A stretch of 64,000 bases of DNA from Malacoraja senta (GCA_038087875.1 CM075988.1:12030001-12094000); one strand, 5' to 3'. Numbered from the stretch's first letter, positions 49,636 to 61,850 are shown. The notes: generated from the letters alone by a model not told the origin. Translations and numbers: made by a program.

Positions 49636-50377
49636 CTCATGAGGAGTGGGAAAATAAGTGCGTTTTACCTTGCGGGTAGTGTGCGGCAATGCGGGAGAGA
49701 CACAAGAGGTTGGGTGAAAACCAAGGTACACTGGCTGACACAATTACTTCAATGCATCCTTGGAGAGGGAAGTGAATGTGTGTTAATTGCAGCTGGTCAG
49801 TCTGGAGGAGGTGTCGTCGGAGGAAGATGGATGAGGGTTGTACAGAGGAAATAAAACAATGTTTGAACTTTGAACATCACAACACAACAAATGCTGGCAC
49901 TTTCCAATCGCATTATCAAATCAAACAGGCATCTTAAAATAGCAATATATCTGGAAACAAGTTTGTGAGAATTAGCAGTTGTGATTTCCTGAGCATTTCT
50001 AAAAATAAGTGCAAAAAATTAATATCAAGATTTCTTAAATATATGCAGTCATATAATTTGAATCAACTTAATAAAACCTCACAAGCTGAACTAGTCATTA
50101 TCAAATTGAAATGGTGATTAATTCATTCAGTTGATTAAATATGCAACCATGATGACTCGCTGGTTAAGAAAGGAGATGACTTTGCCATCTATCACACCAT
50201 TCATATCCTCAGTTATTGTTAGACAGACAATTTATGCAGAGCCAGTCCCCACAAGCAGCAATGTGGGTGGGAATGTAGATTGGTGTGGATACAGTCGAAA
50301 TGAATATAGAACAGTACAGCACAGGAACCAGACCTTCATTCCACGATGTCGGGGCCGAACATGATGCCTAAACATAA

Positions 50378-50696
50378 TCATTATCCTCTCTCTCTATCCC
50401 CCCCCCCCACTCAAGTCGCACTAGCTTCTCGTTTTCACCCAACAAACAGCTAACAATGGCCTGTTTCCTTTATCATCGTTACTTTTTTGCATATCTTTCA
50501 TTCATTGTTCTCTATCTCTCGACATCATCATCTATATTTCTCGTTTCCCTTATCCCTAACCAGTCTGAAGAAGGGTCTTGACCCGAAACGTCACCTGTTC
50601 CTTCTTTCCAGAGATGCTACCTGTCCTGCTGAGTTACTCCAGCTTTTTGTGTCTAACTTTGGTTTAAACCATCATTTGTACATCTCCTTCCAACAC
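50378..50696 (+). mobile_element. PLE 3' UTR plus terminal repeat with tail
   Basis: Pyrimidine-rich UTR matching the reverse of 54500-54660, then hammerhead motif and tail. Confidence 0.88.
50561..50597 (+). ncRNA. Minimal type I hammerhead ribozyme motif, intact core
   Basis: CAGU-CUGAAGA-A-GGGU[CUUG]ACCC-GAAA-CG-UC-AC(C)UG; predicted cleavage after C50592; helix I is 4 bp with one bulge. Confidence 0.72.
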
Positions 50697-51059
50697 ATAG
50701 ACTAATTTCATTTGCCTGCACAAATGATCCATATCCCTCCAGTCACTACATATCCAAGTGTCTATCAAACAGCTTCTTAAAGTCTCTTAAATGCCACTAT
50801 CATATTTGCTTCCACCACCACATCCAGTAGTGCATTCTAGGTACACAGCACTCTCTGGCCGTAAAAAACAACTCGCCCTAAACATCCCCTTCAAATGCTG
50901 CCCCTGTCACCTGAAAGCCATGCCCTCTAGTCCTTGCCATTTCCACCCTGGGAAAGCAGGTTCTGTCTACCCTGGAGAAAATGCTTCTGTATTTCCAGTA
51001 GAGGGACTATTAGGATTGTCTGAAATTGAAACTTGTGTGTGGTGAAATAGCTAATCTCT

Positions 51060-51700
51060 GTCTTGGTAGTGGTGGAGGAACAGCGTTCATTCAGCACTGA
51101 ACAGGACAAGGGTTTACGAAGGGCAAAGAGTATCCGGGGGGTAGGGTGTAGGAATTCACCCAGATATTATATTCCAGAAATTCCTGTCCGGAGGACAACA
51201 CGGGCAGGACTAAATCGATCATCTAAAATCACCCTCACTGTGAATATTCTAATGGCAGACAGAGGAGGATAACCAATGCTTTCTCCGTAGAGAAAAAGGT
51301 GCCAGTCTGCATCATTAATAAACATCGGTATCAGGTGGCCAAAAAATACAATTGGGTAGAAGGGGAGATGGGGAGAGGGGAAAGGAGAGAAGGGAGGGGG
51401 AGAGAGAGAATTTTTTAGCAAGGAAAAACTTGAAGGTTGGAGATTAGAGAAGTCAGGGTGATAAAACATCAAGGAATGGAGAAGAGATTTAATTGAGTTA
51501 ATGAGGGAAGTGTGGGAGGAGACTGGAATGCAATGCTGGGTGAGAGTCGGTAAATAGACGTAATCGGCTGGGTGGCACCGTAAAGATCAGGCAACGGGAA
51601 GAGTAGAAATGAGTGGATTGAATATATGTTGGGGATCAGGGAACTAATCGGGGGAGAGATCTGAGGAGCCATGGATGATGCGAAATGGCCGTCAGAAACC
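51060..51700 (+). mobile_element. Possible decayed L1/Tx1-clade ORF2 C-terminal region
   Basis: LRRAKSIRGVGCRNSPRYY (cf. L..PK..GGLG.P....YY) and EWRRDLIELMREVWEE at about 51474 (cf. WE.DL......WE), in the expected order; purine-rich. Confidence 0.35.
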
Positions 51701-52142
51701 TTTTTCTACTTTCCAGGAATTGTCCTAAAAGAATCGGAGCAGCAGAAATTATTTCACAGTTTTAATCAATATGAACAATATCCACAGGAAATTACTTAGC
51801 AGAACAGTAAGATCTTTGTCACTGGGAATTTGTTCTGAAATATGTTATTATTTTTTAATTCTCTTTGTGCTGCTTCTAATGTGCATCAACATGAAAAGCA
51901 TTATCACATGTCTTTTACGCATTGTTCTCTTTGGGGATTTTCAACAACCAGGCTGAAGTAAGCATCTTTGTTTCAAGGTTATATCTATATTTAGTAGGCA
52001 TAAGAAAGTCCAACGCTGCTCTTCTTTCAGAGTATTTGTTAATTTGTTGGAAATGTTTTAAAGTTATAACTACACATAAACTGCTACTCTCATGCTGAAA
52101 ATGAACTTCAACAAGATAGAGCAAAGGGACTTCCACAACTTA

Positions 52143-52653
52143 CGGCAGCACAGCGGGTGTTAGTGTTGCTACCTTATAGCGCCAAAGACTCAGGTTCGAT
52201 CCTGACTATGGACGCTGCCTGTACGGAGTTTGTATGTTTCACCCGTGACTGCGTGGGTTTTCTCTGGGAGCTCCAGTCTCCTCCCACACTCCAAAGAAGC
52301 ACAGGTTTGCAGGTGAATTGGCTTCAGTAAAACATTTAAATTGTTCCTAGGTCTGTAGGACAGTAATAATAATAATAATACATTTTATTTGTGGGCGCCT
52401 ATACAAAAGTCTCAAGGACACCTTACAGAATTTAACAAAGAAACATATAATCGGAGTAAAATAAGTTATAAAGACATCACCAATACACAAATTAAAGACA
52501 GAATTCGATCCAAAGACACAAAAAAGAAAATCAGAAACACAATGTGAAGAGAGAGCAGCGGCAGCTAAACCGCGCCACAGTAGTACTGTGATCGCTGGTC
52601 GGCACGAACTCGATGGGCCGAATGTCCTGATTCCATGCTGTATCTCTAAACTA
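52143..52653 (+). mobile_element. HE1-type V-SINE with nested insertion
   Basis: B-box GGTTCGATCC, V-domain; tail resumes at 52583. Confidence 0.9.
52366..52576 (-). mobile_element. Short retroposon with L2-type tail
   Basis: Minus strand ends TGTAAGGTGTCCTTGAG...AGGCGC...AAATAAAATG(TAT)n; ACAGTA repeated at 52360-52365 and 52577-52582. Confidence 0.78.
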
Positions 52654-53037
52654 ATATGTCCGATCTTACTGTTCAGGACATAAATTAATAGATATTTAGA
52701 AGAAAAAAGTAGATTTTAATTTTTCCTCATAATTATTTTCTCTTTCTATTAATCTATTATTTCACCTTATTTCACTTTCTCTACCCATCTTGACACTGAT
52801 TTAAATACTTTCACTGATACTTTCTGGTTCCAATTCAGGTTTGTTGAAGAGCTGCACAATATTTCCCTGTTCATACAGGCTGAAGACATACTGATGATGC
52901 TGTGCTCTCTGGGACATAGTTGATTGTGTTATTCCAGTCTCACAGTCCATTGAATATCCATGTACAGTACCACCGAGAGAGCAAGATCCAGCCTCATCAA
53001 AACCCATTGTTGTCCATTATTTAAAATGTAGCCTTTA

Positions 53038-53452
53038 ATTGAATTTAGTGATACAGTACGGAAACAGGCCCTTCGGCCTACCGACCAGTGATCCCCGCAC
53101 ATTAATACTATCCTACACACACTAGGGACAATTTACAATTGTGCCAAGCCAATTAAACCTACAAACCTGTATGTCTTTGGAGTGTGGGAGGAAAGTGGAG
53201 ATACCAGAGAAAACCCACGCAGGTCACGGGGAGAACGTACAAACTCCGTGTAGACCGCACCCGTTGTCAGGATCAAACCCGGGTCTCTGGCGCTGTAAGG
53301 CTGTAACTCATGTATCTATACACTGTAAATAGATTGATTGTAATCACGTATTGTCTTTCTACTGACTGGTTAGCACCGCAACAAAAAGCTTTTCACTCGG
53401 TACACGTGCCAATAAAGTAAACTGAGCTTCACCGCTGCCACTGGGCCGCCCT
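53038..53452 (-). mobile_element. HE1-type V-SINE with a Rex1-type tail (+, about 53306-53425) inserted in its tRNA-like head
   Basis: Reverse V-domain and B-box; insertion ends AAAGCTTTTCACTCGGTACACGTGCCAATAAAGTAAACT. Confidence 0.88.
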
Positions 53453-54397
53453 TGTGTGCTCTCTTGACCATAGCATCTATGTGATTGGGCCATGCTAAAT
53501 TGTTGGTGATATTTATATCTCAGACCATGACGAAGCCTTGCTTAACATTCTTCAAGCTTTATTCTCTGGACTGCATTGTATCGCCATGCCTGCTGCTAAT
53601 TGTGTAGCAGAAGTTCAAACAATCTGATTTCCTGCCAGGCGAGAGAATGCAATTGAATCATTTATGAAATCACAATGCAAATTTGCCCTACTTTTGTGTC
53701 ATCAGCTTCACAAGCATGTGTATCCGTGTGTGTGTGTGTCTACTGCATACACATTAATATAGTCATTTCATTGGCAACAAATGTTAATTACTTCACATTT
53801 GACGTAAATTAGCAGTTCAATTTGCTGATAACATTTTGCCACAAATCCCATGCAATTTTATTTGAGAGAAGGAAATTATGTTGCCAAATTAACACTGATT
53901 AAACAACCATCTAAGAAATGAGTGATTTATCTCTCCTGACCAGAGTATGCTTTCCATAATGTATATTACAACCTCCTGTTAGCAGGTTGATAACCACATT
54001 ACTGAAGCCTGAGAGTGTTGTGTTGGTTGTCTGGCAATGCTACAACATCCAACTATTTATGTGGCAGCTTGTTTCAGTCAGTTTGTGTTGCTGTAATCTC
54101 TCATGGCTGCTGGAATAACTAAGCAGTTCATACCTCTGATTACAAATTCCTTATTCCTTTGGGTGAAACTCCTCAAAATGGCACCAAGTCACAATGAGCA
54201 AATGTTGAATGCTGGTGTTCTGCATGTAGATACATTTAGAGCCATCTAGCACATAAACAGGGACCTTGGCTCAACTCGTCCATGCCGTCCAAGATGCTAG
54301 TTAATTTTAGTGTTATTATTGGTACACTACCAAGGTACAGTGCAAAACTTTTTTGTCGCATGCTATTCGGTCAGTGATTAGACTATACATGAATACA

Positions 54398-54682
54398 ATG
54401 TGTAGGAAGGAGCAGCAGATACTGGTTTAAACCGAAGTTAGACACAAAAAGCAAGAGTAATCAGACAGCAGCTCTGGAGAAAAGGAATAGGGGATTTTTC
54501 GGATCAAGACCCTTCTTCAGTCTGAGTCAGGGGAAAGGGAAACGAGAGATATAGACAGTGATATAGAGAAATATAGAACAAATGAATGAAAGATATGAAA
54601 AAAGTAATGATGATAAAGGAAACAGGCCGTTGTTCGCTGTGAGTGAGGTGAAAACGAGTTACCCACCCAAGTCGTACTAGCT
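54398..54682 (-). mobile_element. PLE terminal repeat plus 3' UTR with a short inverted segment at its 5' end
   Basis: Tail TGTGTAGGAAGGAGCAGCAGAT; ACCCTTCTTCAG hammerhead remnant; 54668-54682 matches the UTR at about 50412 in + orientation. Confidence 0.85.
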
Positions 54683-54689
54683 TCAATGT

Positions 54690-55075
54690 TGTAAATAGCT
54701 CGTTCTAAGCTCCCCCCAGTCTCGTTTCAGTCAATAAAATACTGAATCAAGCACTCGAGCAACTAAACTTTATTTTGGATAACACAACACAAATTCCCCT
54801 GTACAATACCTAACCACCGCGGGTTCGATCCTTGTATCTGCATGGCTAAGGCCTTCTAGCCTCGTGCTAGCAGAGACACGCCAAAAGGTCACGCAGTCCC
54901 AATCGTTCTTCCAGAAGATCGACATTGAACCTCTTGGGAGCTACCTTTTATAGGTCCCCGAACCTTGAGGGGCCGAACCACATGGGGGTGGTCTCTATAC
55001 AGTCCAATAACAAATATTGATTAACACAGTACATGATAGACATTTCCCTAACCCAATAATACAGTAACTAATACA
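54690..55075 (-). mobile_element. Solo LTR, 386 bp (Gypsy- or ERV-type)
   Basis: TGTA...TACA termini; 4-bp TSD ATGT (54686-54689, 55076-55079); minus-strand TATAAAA (54946-54952) upstream of AATAAA (54769-54774). Confidence 0.85.
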
Positions 55076-55509
55076 ATGTAGCTGACGAAGTTTCTAGATG
55101 GAAGTTAACAGAGATGAATTATGCAACATGTGCCTTGGGATTCAGACAACCCAGACAAAGCTCAACATCTTAACCAATCAACAACTGTCCAAATAAGGCT
55201 TTGCAACATTATATACACTATGTATATCTGGTTTGCATTGACCCAATCAGTTCCATGCAATTTACACCTTATTGTAAGAATCTGCAGATGTCCCATTCTT
55301 TCCCTGCAGCTCTTATCTAGGCCACAGACAAACAGGCACCATTCAGCAGCTTGTCGCAGTTCTGCAAAAGCACATTTAACCTGACCAAAATGGCCTAGCA
55401 GCACACAAGCCTTTACTCAATTTTAAAGTCCTTGCTGCCATTTTAAACTGTTGAAGTTTGTGCGGAAAACATGTTCTTCGAGCTTTTGGATATAGTTGTA
55501 CGATATAGA

Positions 55510-56600
55510 ATGAGTGATAATGAATAAGAGATGGTGTGTGTTCAGGTCAGGATTGTATGCGTCTTGGAATGCAACTTAATATTGGTGGTGTGTTTGAAGG
55601 AACTGCAGATGCTGGTTTAAAACAAAAATAGACACACAAAAAAGACAGACACAAAAAAGTGACAGCACCTCATATTTTGCTTGGGCAGCTTACACCCCAG
55701 CGGTATGAACATTGACTTCAAGTAATGGCAAACATTGCATACATTGACCTCAAACTTCAAGTAACCCTTGCTTTCCCTCTCTCTCCATCCCTCCCCCTTC
55801 CCAGTTCTCTGACCAGTCTTACTATCTCCGACTACATTTTATCTCTGTCTGCTTTGTTTTTACCTTCGCCTAGCTAACAATGATCTGTTCTACATTTCCC
55901 TTGATCTACATTCCCTTTGCCGTGTTTTCACACCTTAAAATCCTTATCTATCTATCTCCCTCCCCCGAAGAAGGGTCTCGACCTGAAACATCACCCATTC
56001 CTTCTCTCCAGAGATGCTGCCCGTCCCGCTGAGTTACTCCAGCATTTTATGTCCATTAATGTTGGTGGTATTCTCAGGTGCCTGTTACCTCTATCTTTGG
56101 TCGTAAAGTTTCTGGTTTCAGTCTTGTTGTTGAGGTATCTTTGCTGCAGTACATTTTGTCAGCAGTGTACACTGCAAACATGGCTGACTGATGGTGGAAG
56201 GAGTGAAGATTTGGGGTGGTGTGTGGGGTGACAATTAAAATCATTGCTTTACTCTGGGTAGTGGATGAACTTGATTGGAGCTGGGCTCATCAGCAGAGCT
56301 GGAGAGAGTTCCATCACACCAGTACTCTTTGATGGTGGAAGTCAAGTAAATAATTCACCATAGTGTTCACAGCCAACGATCTGCACTGTTTTTGCCATAT
56401 GATTTATAACATTGATCTAGATAAGTTTGTGGTCAGTGGTGACAAAAATAATGCTGATGGGGGGGGGGGGGGGGGTATATGGCAACAATAATGTTGCCAT
56501 AGATTGTTGAACTGCTGTGACAGGAGTCTGAATTGTCATTCATCGGCCTAGATTTAGATGTTAGCTCTGTCTTGTTGCATGATGACTCTTTATCTAAATT
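55510..56600 (-). mobile_element. Old CR1-group LINE remnant interrupted by a PLE
   Basis: Decayed minus-strand motifs resembling VMEYSPLAW and SLHH...AVCT...C (GGAGAGAGTTCCATCACAC and TGATGGTGGAAGGAGTGAAGATT on +). Confidence 0.6.
55590..56055 (+). mobile_element. 5'-truncated Penelope-like element: inverted tail, GIY-YIG C-terminus, 3' UTR, terminal repeat
   Basis: 55663-55725 encodes QHLIFCLGSLHPSGMNIDFK*; degenerate hammerhead at 55965-55992; TSD TTAATATTGGTGGT (55576-55589) and TTAATGTTGGTGGT (56056-56069). Confidence 0.92.
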
Positions 56601-57204
56601 TTCCCTTCAGGGGTATTAATGAACCCAATGTTTTTTTTCAGTCACTCTGGTCGTTTCACGATCATGATTATTCCAGATTTCTTTCATGGACAAGGTTTAA
56701 ATTTATATAGCATTTCTGGTGTAATTGAAACATACTCTGGGGAGGTACAATGGTCATGGTTTTTAAAATTACTTGTCCAGTCTCGAATCATGGGTCCAAT
56801 GTAGGACAGCTGGGTCGGGATAGGAAGTGTTTGAAGCATATTGGCCAAGTACAGGCAAATAGGATGAGCTTGGAATGCCAACCTTGTCAGCATGGACAAG
56901 GTAGATCGATTGCCTTGTTTTTGTGCTGTACAGCAACATGACCAAATTATTTTCATCTCTTGAAGCTTCCATCAATACCAAAGGTGCTTGTAAAATGTAA
57001 AAGCTCATACTTTCTACTATGCTGCATATTGTTCTTGTTTAACATGTTAAATATTCCACATTTGTTTTTCTTTTGACAACGTTTGCAATTAATTGATTTT
57101 CTTTTCATATATATATTTTAAAAAAGTTGTTTTGGCGATAACTGGCAACAAAACTCTGCCAGACATGTGAGGGCATAAACTTTCCTTGAAATTACCAATC
57201 ATAT

Positions 57205-57540
57205 TTGGCAGCATAGTGGCACAGCTGGTACAGCTGTTACCTCACGACATCAGAGCCCTGGGTTTGATTCTGACCTTGGGTGTTGGTGTTGTATGAGTTT
57301 GCATTTTCTCTCTGTGACCATGTGAGTTTCTTCCGGGTGCTCCATTTGTCTACCATATTCCAAAGATGTGTGAGTTTGTCAGTTTATTGGCCTCTGTAAA
57401 TTTCTTTGAGTATGCAAGGAGTGGATGAGAAAATGGAATAACCTGGAACGAGTGTGAATGGGTGATCGATAGTTGCCGTGGACTTAGCAGTAGTCAAAGC
57501 AGTTTGCATGCTGTATCTTTCTTTCAATTAATCAATCAAT
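57205..57540 (+). mobile_element. HE1-type V-SINE (older)
   Basis: TGGCACAGCTGG A-box, GGTTTGATTC B-box, V-domain, (ATCA)n tail. Confidence 0.85.
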
Positions 57541-58009
57541 TCAGTCGTATAAGGTGACAAGCCTAACAGGCAAGGTTACAACTTAACTTTACAACTTTAA
57601 ATATTTATACTTTGATGAATAATGTTCGTCCTTGTCTTTCCTGTAGAATAAATCTGAAGTTCAGCATGGTGGTTCTGTCTTGGCGAGCAACAAAGAAGGA
57701 TTTGTCAGAACCCATTCGTTCAATTGAGTCCAATTAACTAATTCTGCGTTTTAAATTCCAATTGGTGTTATATAGTAATAAATAATTTACTTAATATTTG
57801 TCACATATCTTTTAACTTGTAGCACATCTTGCCTTTTTTAGTCCTTCAGATCAAATATATTAGTTCTTTCTGTAGGGGATTGTGGGAACAACTTTCCATA
57901 GAATAAGATCCTTCAAACTGTAAGTGAAATGATGGCCAGTTACTTAATCTTGGTGGTGGCATTGGGATTTGTTTGAGGATATAAGAAAGTCAGGACAGCA
58001 AGAAAGTAG

Positions 58010-58145
58010 TTCACTCAAACAGCATAATAGTATCTTATATCCACTGGAGTCAGTGTCACATCTCATTTGAAAGATGTTCCTTCTGAAAATGCAACCAATT
58101 TTCCTCTATGCATTTGACTACTTTATCGTAAGTCCAGGAGTAAAC
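58010..58145 (-). mobile_element. Degraded DeuSINE remnant
   Basis: ATCTTATATCCACTG...CATCTCATTTGAAAGATG...CTTCTGAAAATGCA resembles the reverse Deu domain. Confidence 0.4.
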
Positions 58146-58724
58146 AGAGCATCAGAGATAATTGTGTTGCCAGTAAGTCAGTAGGTTGTGGCAGGATGCC
58201 AGCCACCAGTCTTCCTTACAATTTTACCTGAGGATTTAAGTTAAGAGAGAAAACAGTGAGTGAAGGGAAGAGCGGAACAGAATGACCGATGTGCTTTTTT
58301 TTGGCAGATTGATTCAGGCATATTTTGAGTTATTGAGCTGAGAGAAGTAGAGGTTGCCAAATGCAAATATTGATAGAACGCACTGTGACAGTAATGATAA
58401 ATATTACTTAAACTCTCGTATTAAGTAACTTTGTGAAACATTAGGATGTGAACAAAATGCTTATTTAATTATGTTTCAACTCATCATTCATAAAACATTC
58501 AGCATTCGAAAGGTCAGATCAGAATGTTCAATATTTTATGAATAATGAGTTACTACTTCAATTGAATTGGCTATTAAGTTGGACCTCCTCAGCAGGCAAG
58601 AAAAAACAAGATGGAAAATAGTTTCAGGCTACTTCACAGGGAAGAAATAAATTGTTCTTTTTGAAAAGCTATCAATTTGGGAACATAGAACAGAATAAAT
58701 TGAGGGCCATTATCTGATTCAACT

Positions 58725-59150
58725 TACATAGAACACAGGAACATCCCCTTTGGCCCTCAAAGTGCATGCCAAACATAATGCCAAGTTAAACTAATCCCTT
58801 TTGCCTGCATATGATCCATTATCCTCCATTCCCTGCAAATCCAGGTGCCTATCTGAAAGCCTCTTAGACGATGCTATTTGCCTCCTGGCAACATGTTCCA
58901 TGCACACATCACTCATTGTTAAAAAAAAACATTTTTAAAACATCTCCTTTAAACTATGCTCCTCTCACCTTAAGTTCTTACTGTCTCCCCTATCTGTGCC
59001 TCTCATAATTCTGTACATTTCTATCAGGTTTCCCCTCAGCCTCCGACTCACCATAGAAAACTATCCAAGTTTGTCCAACTCTTCCTGATAATTTATACCT
59101 TATAATCCAGGTAGTATTCTGGTAAAACCCTTCTGCGCCTTCTCCAAGGT
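58725..59150 (-). mobile_element. CR1-type LINE 3' fragment
   Basis: ATAGAACACAGGAAC tail; CCCTATCTGTGCCTCTCATAATT...CCCCTCAGCCTCCG (reverse RLRG.LIE.Y.IMRG). Confidence 0.85.
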
Positions 59151-59365
59151 GCAAGATTAAACTCTTGAGCTCATGGAAAGGTGATTAGATATTGTTATGG
59201 ACAGTTAGAGGGTTATGGAGAAGAAAATGCTGTACGGTCTATAATTTGTGACTTCAGCCATGTAAATTTAGAGGAACTTACCCAGTAATCTTTTTTTTGA
59301 AGAAATAAAAATTCAACGGTAGAGGATGGGAATTACTCAGTCTTCAGGGACAATTTTAAATCTAA

Positions 59366-59770
59366 TTTAGTTTAGTTTATTGTCACGTGTACTGAGGTAC
59401 AGTGAAAAGCTTTTGTTGCATGCTAACCAGTCAGCAGAAAGACAATACATGATTTCAATCGAGCCATCCTCAGTGTTCAGATACGTGATGAAGGGAATAA
59501 CATTTAGTGCAAGATAAAGTCCAGTAAAATCTGATTAAAGATAGTCCAAGGGTCTCCAATGAGGTAGACAGTAGCTCAGGAACACTCTCTGGTTGTTAAT
59601 AGAATGGTTCAGTTGCCTGATAATGGCTGCAAAGAAACTGTCCTTGAATCTGGAGGTGTGCGTTTTCACACTTCTGTACCTCTTGCCTGAGGGGAGGAGG
59701 AGGAGTGACCGGGGACAGACTCATCCTTGATTTTGCCGGTAGCTTTTACTGAGGCAGCTTGAAGTATGAG
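59366..59770 (-). mobile_element. Rex1/Babar-type LINE 3' fragment
   Basis: (TTTAG)n tail, GTACTGAGGTACAGTGAAAAGC; minus frame PSGKRYRSVKTHTSRFKDSFFAAIIRQLN. Confidence 0.9.
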
Positions 59771-60494
59771 TGAATTGTCTGTGGGTATTGCCCACTGACA
59801 ATCCAAACTGATATTGCTAATGACCATTTAAACCTCTTCAAGCTTTGCGTACAAGGCATACGTATCTAGAACAGAAAGAACTAGTATTATCTGAAATATC
59901 AACTCTGACATTATTTCAGTACGAAGCATCAGAAATGAGATTCAGGATAATGTGATTTTGTTGGCATTTTTTTGTATGTCTTCTGCCGAAGAAGGACATT
60001 ATTTTTCTGGGTAAATTTCAGACAAGATGCTGTCTCTGCTTTGATTTTGATTTGTATTCATTTCTGTTAATGAACTCTTGTATAATTTAATCAAACTACT
60101 ACACATAGTATCTTTGTGCTGAATTGATCTTGCAATTGATGAACTGAATCCTGATACAAATTATAGTCTATAATCTTCTAATTTAAGATGCCCATGCTCA
60201 CAAAGAATTTCCATTATTATCTCGTTGATATTTTCCTATTAAGCTTTTTGATGTTTGAAGTATTTTCTTTTATTTTGTGGTCCTTTCTTCAATGTTTCCT
60301 GACACCTAATTAAGTTGACTCTTGTCAGCAATAAGCAAAGCAATAGTCAATGAATAGACATCATCACTCATAATATGTTTCCTTTTAAGTGAGCTGATTT
60401 GAAAATTATTGAATTTGACTGTGCTTTCTATTGTGCTTCTAATTTGGTATCATCTGGGACTGAAATCTCATTCTTTGTTTTAAATTAATATCTT

Positions 60495-60541
60495 AGACAA
60501 TCTGTAGCAGCTCTCTTTAAGACAATCTGTAGCAGCTCTCT
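60495..60541. repeat. Tandem duplication of AGACAATCTGTAGCAGCTCTCT (22 bp, period 25)
   Basis: Identical copies at 60495-60516 and 60520-60541. Confidence 0.9.
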
Positions 60542-61013
60542 CCAAATCACACAGCTTCAAACAAGCTTATTCCGTTTGTTTACTTGATCCTTTCTGCTGC
60601 AACTTGGTTTGTTTTCAGTCAAAAAATGTGCTTTCCAACTCCAGGTGTCTGATGTCAATGTTTTGCTTCTGGCTAGTAGTTTGTGCCCTAATACAACCCG
60701 TCTAAAAGATTATTTGTTGTGTTTAAGATCAGAAGAATCACATGAGGTTTTGTGGTGCACTGATCATTTCATGATAGAATACACTGAACACTTGACTCTA
60801 AAAGTTAGTATTTGATGGTAAATTCAAGAAAAATCACACATATAGATGTCCAAACAAAGTATTGATTGAAGTAATGATTTTACTGGAGTATTTATTCAAC
60901 TAAATCCCCCTAACAACAGGGTTCATGTTTCATTTGTTATGTGCCAATTCTCTGTCATCTTCTTTTGCTAAAACCAGTAATCCATAGAGTCATACAGCAT
61001 GGAAATAGGCCTT

Positions 61014-61197
61014 GATGTAGGAAAGAACTGCAGATACTGGTTTAAATCAAAGGTAGACACAAAATGCTGGAGTAACTCGGGACAGGCAGCATCTCTGGAG
61101 AGAAGGAATGGGTAACGTTTCGGGTCAAGACCCTTCTTCAGACTGATTCAGTGTGAAGAAGGGTCTCGACCCAAAACATCACCCATTCCTTCTCTCC
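61014..61197. mobile_element. PLE fold-back unit inserted in a CR1 tail (60985-61265, -)
   Basis: Perfect 13-bp TSD GGAAATAGGCCTT (61001-61013, 61198-61210). Confidence 0.92.
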
Positions 61198-61744
61198 GGA
61201 AATAGGCCTTTGGTCCAACTTACCCATGCCCCGAGATGACCCATCCACACTCGTCCCACCTGTCCATTAAGCCATGTCTATTTTACAATAATTCAGAGCC
61301 AAAAATCTACCTGGATTTTGCCATCCATTAATGGTGAGATAACCAGACAATATATATAGTAATGTTATTGATTATTGCAACAAGTTTATAATAGACCAAG
61401 CAAGCAGATGTCATATCATTCAGTTTGCGGAACCGATAACATCTGTCCATATTTTTCAATCCGCTATTTTCATTTAGCAGTAAAGAACAGTTTTTTTTCT
61501 TCTTTTCTAAAGTAAACACATAGTTTTTATCCTCTAAAATAATGGAAACTTTAAATAGCTGCTGTGAAAAAGGAATGATTGAAATGTTGTTAGTCTCCTT
61601 TCAATTTATTGAGTTATCTCCAAGGGGAATCATGAACTCAATTGAACATGTCTATCTGTTCTTTCTTGAGACAATCATTATTGACTTTTACCAGTACGCT
61701 TAAAAACAAATATCTACCCATTTCTGAAGACATCTGCCAATTGG

Positions 61745-61850
61745 GTTTAGATTTGTCATTGTCCTGTGTACTGAGGTACATTGAAAAGCTTTGTTTTGCA
61801 TGCTCTCCAATCACATCAGATAATACTATACATAATTACAATGAACTCAA
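61745..61850 (-). mobile_element. Rex1-type 3' tail
   Basis: GTGTACTGAGGTACATTGAAAAGCTTTG...ACTATACATAATTACAAT matches 59385-59460. Confidence 0.75.

Larger units (their letters stand above)
50305..50975 (-). mobile_element. CR1 3' fragment split by a PLE insertion
   Basis: ATAGAACAGTACAGCACAGGAAC at the left; resumes at 50696 with TTTGCCTGCACAAATGATCCATATCCCTCC. Confidence 0.75.

Noticed and set aside
56459..56500. Poly-G run and the 9-bp hairpin ATGGCAACA-ATAA-TGTTGCCAT; also G/C runs at about 35105 and 62200
   Set aside because: Homopolymer expansions and a short palindrome within or near old repeats; nothing supports a function.
60495..60541. Short direct repeats here and at 21918-21960 and 32281-32303 as array-like systems
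   Set aside because: Only two or three units with no spacer structure; consistent with slippage duplications, not CRISPR-like arrays.
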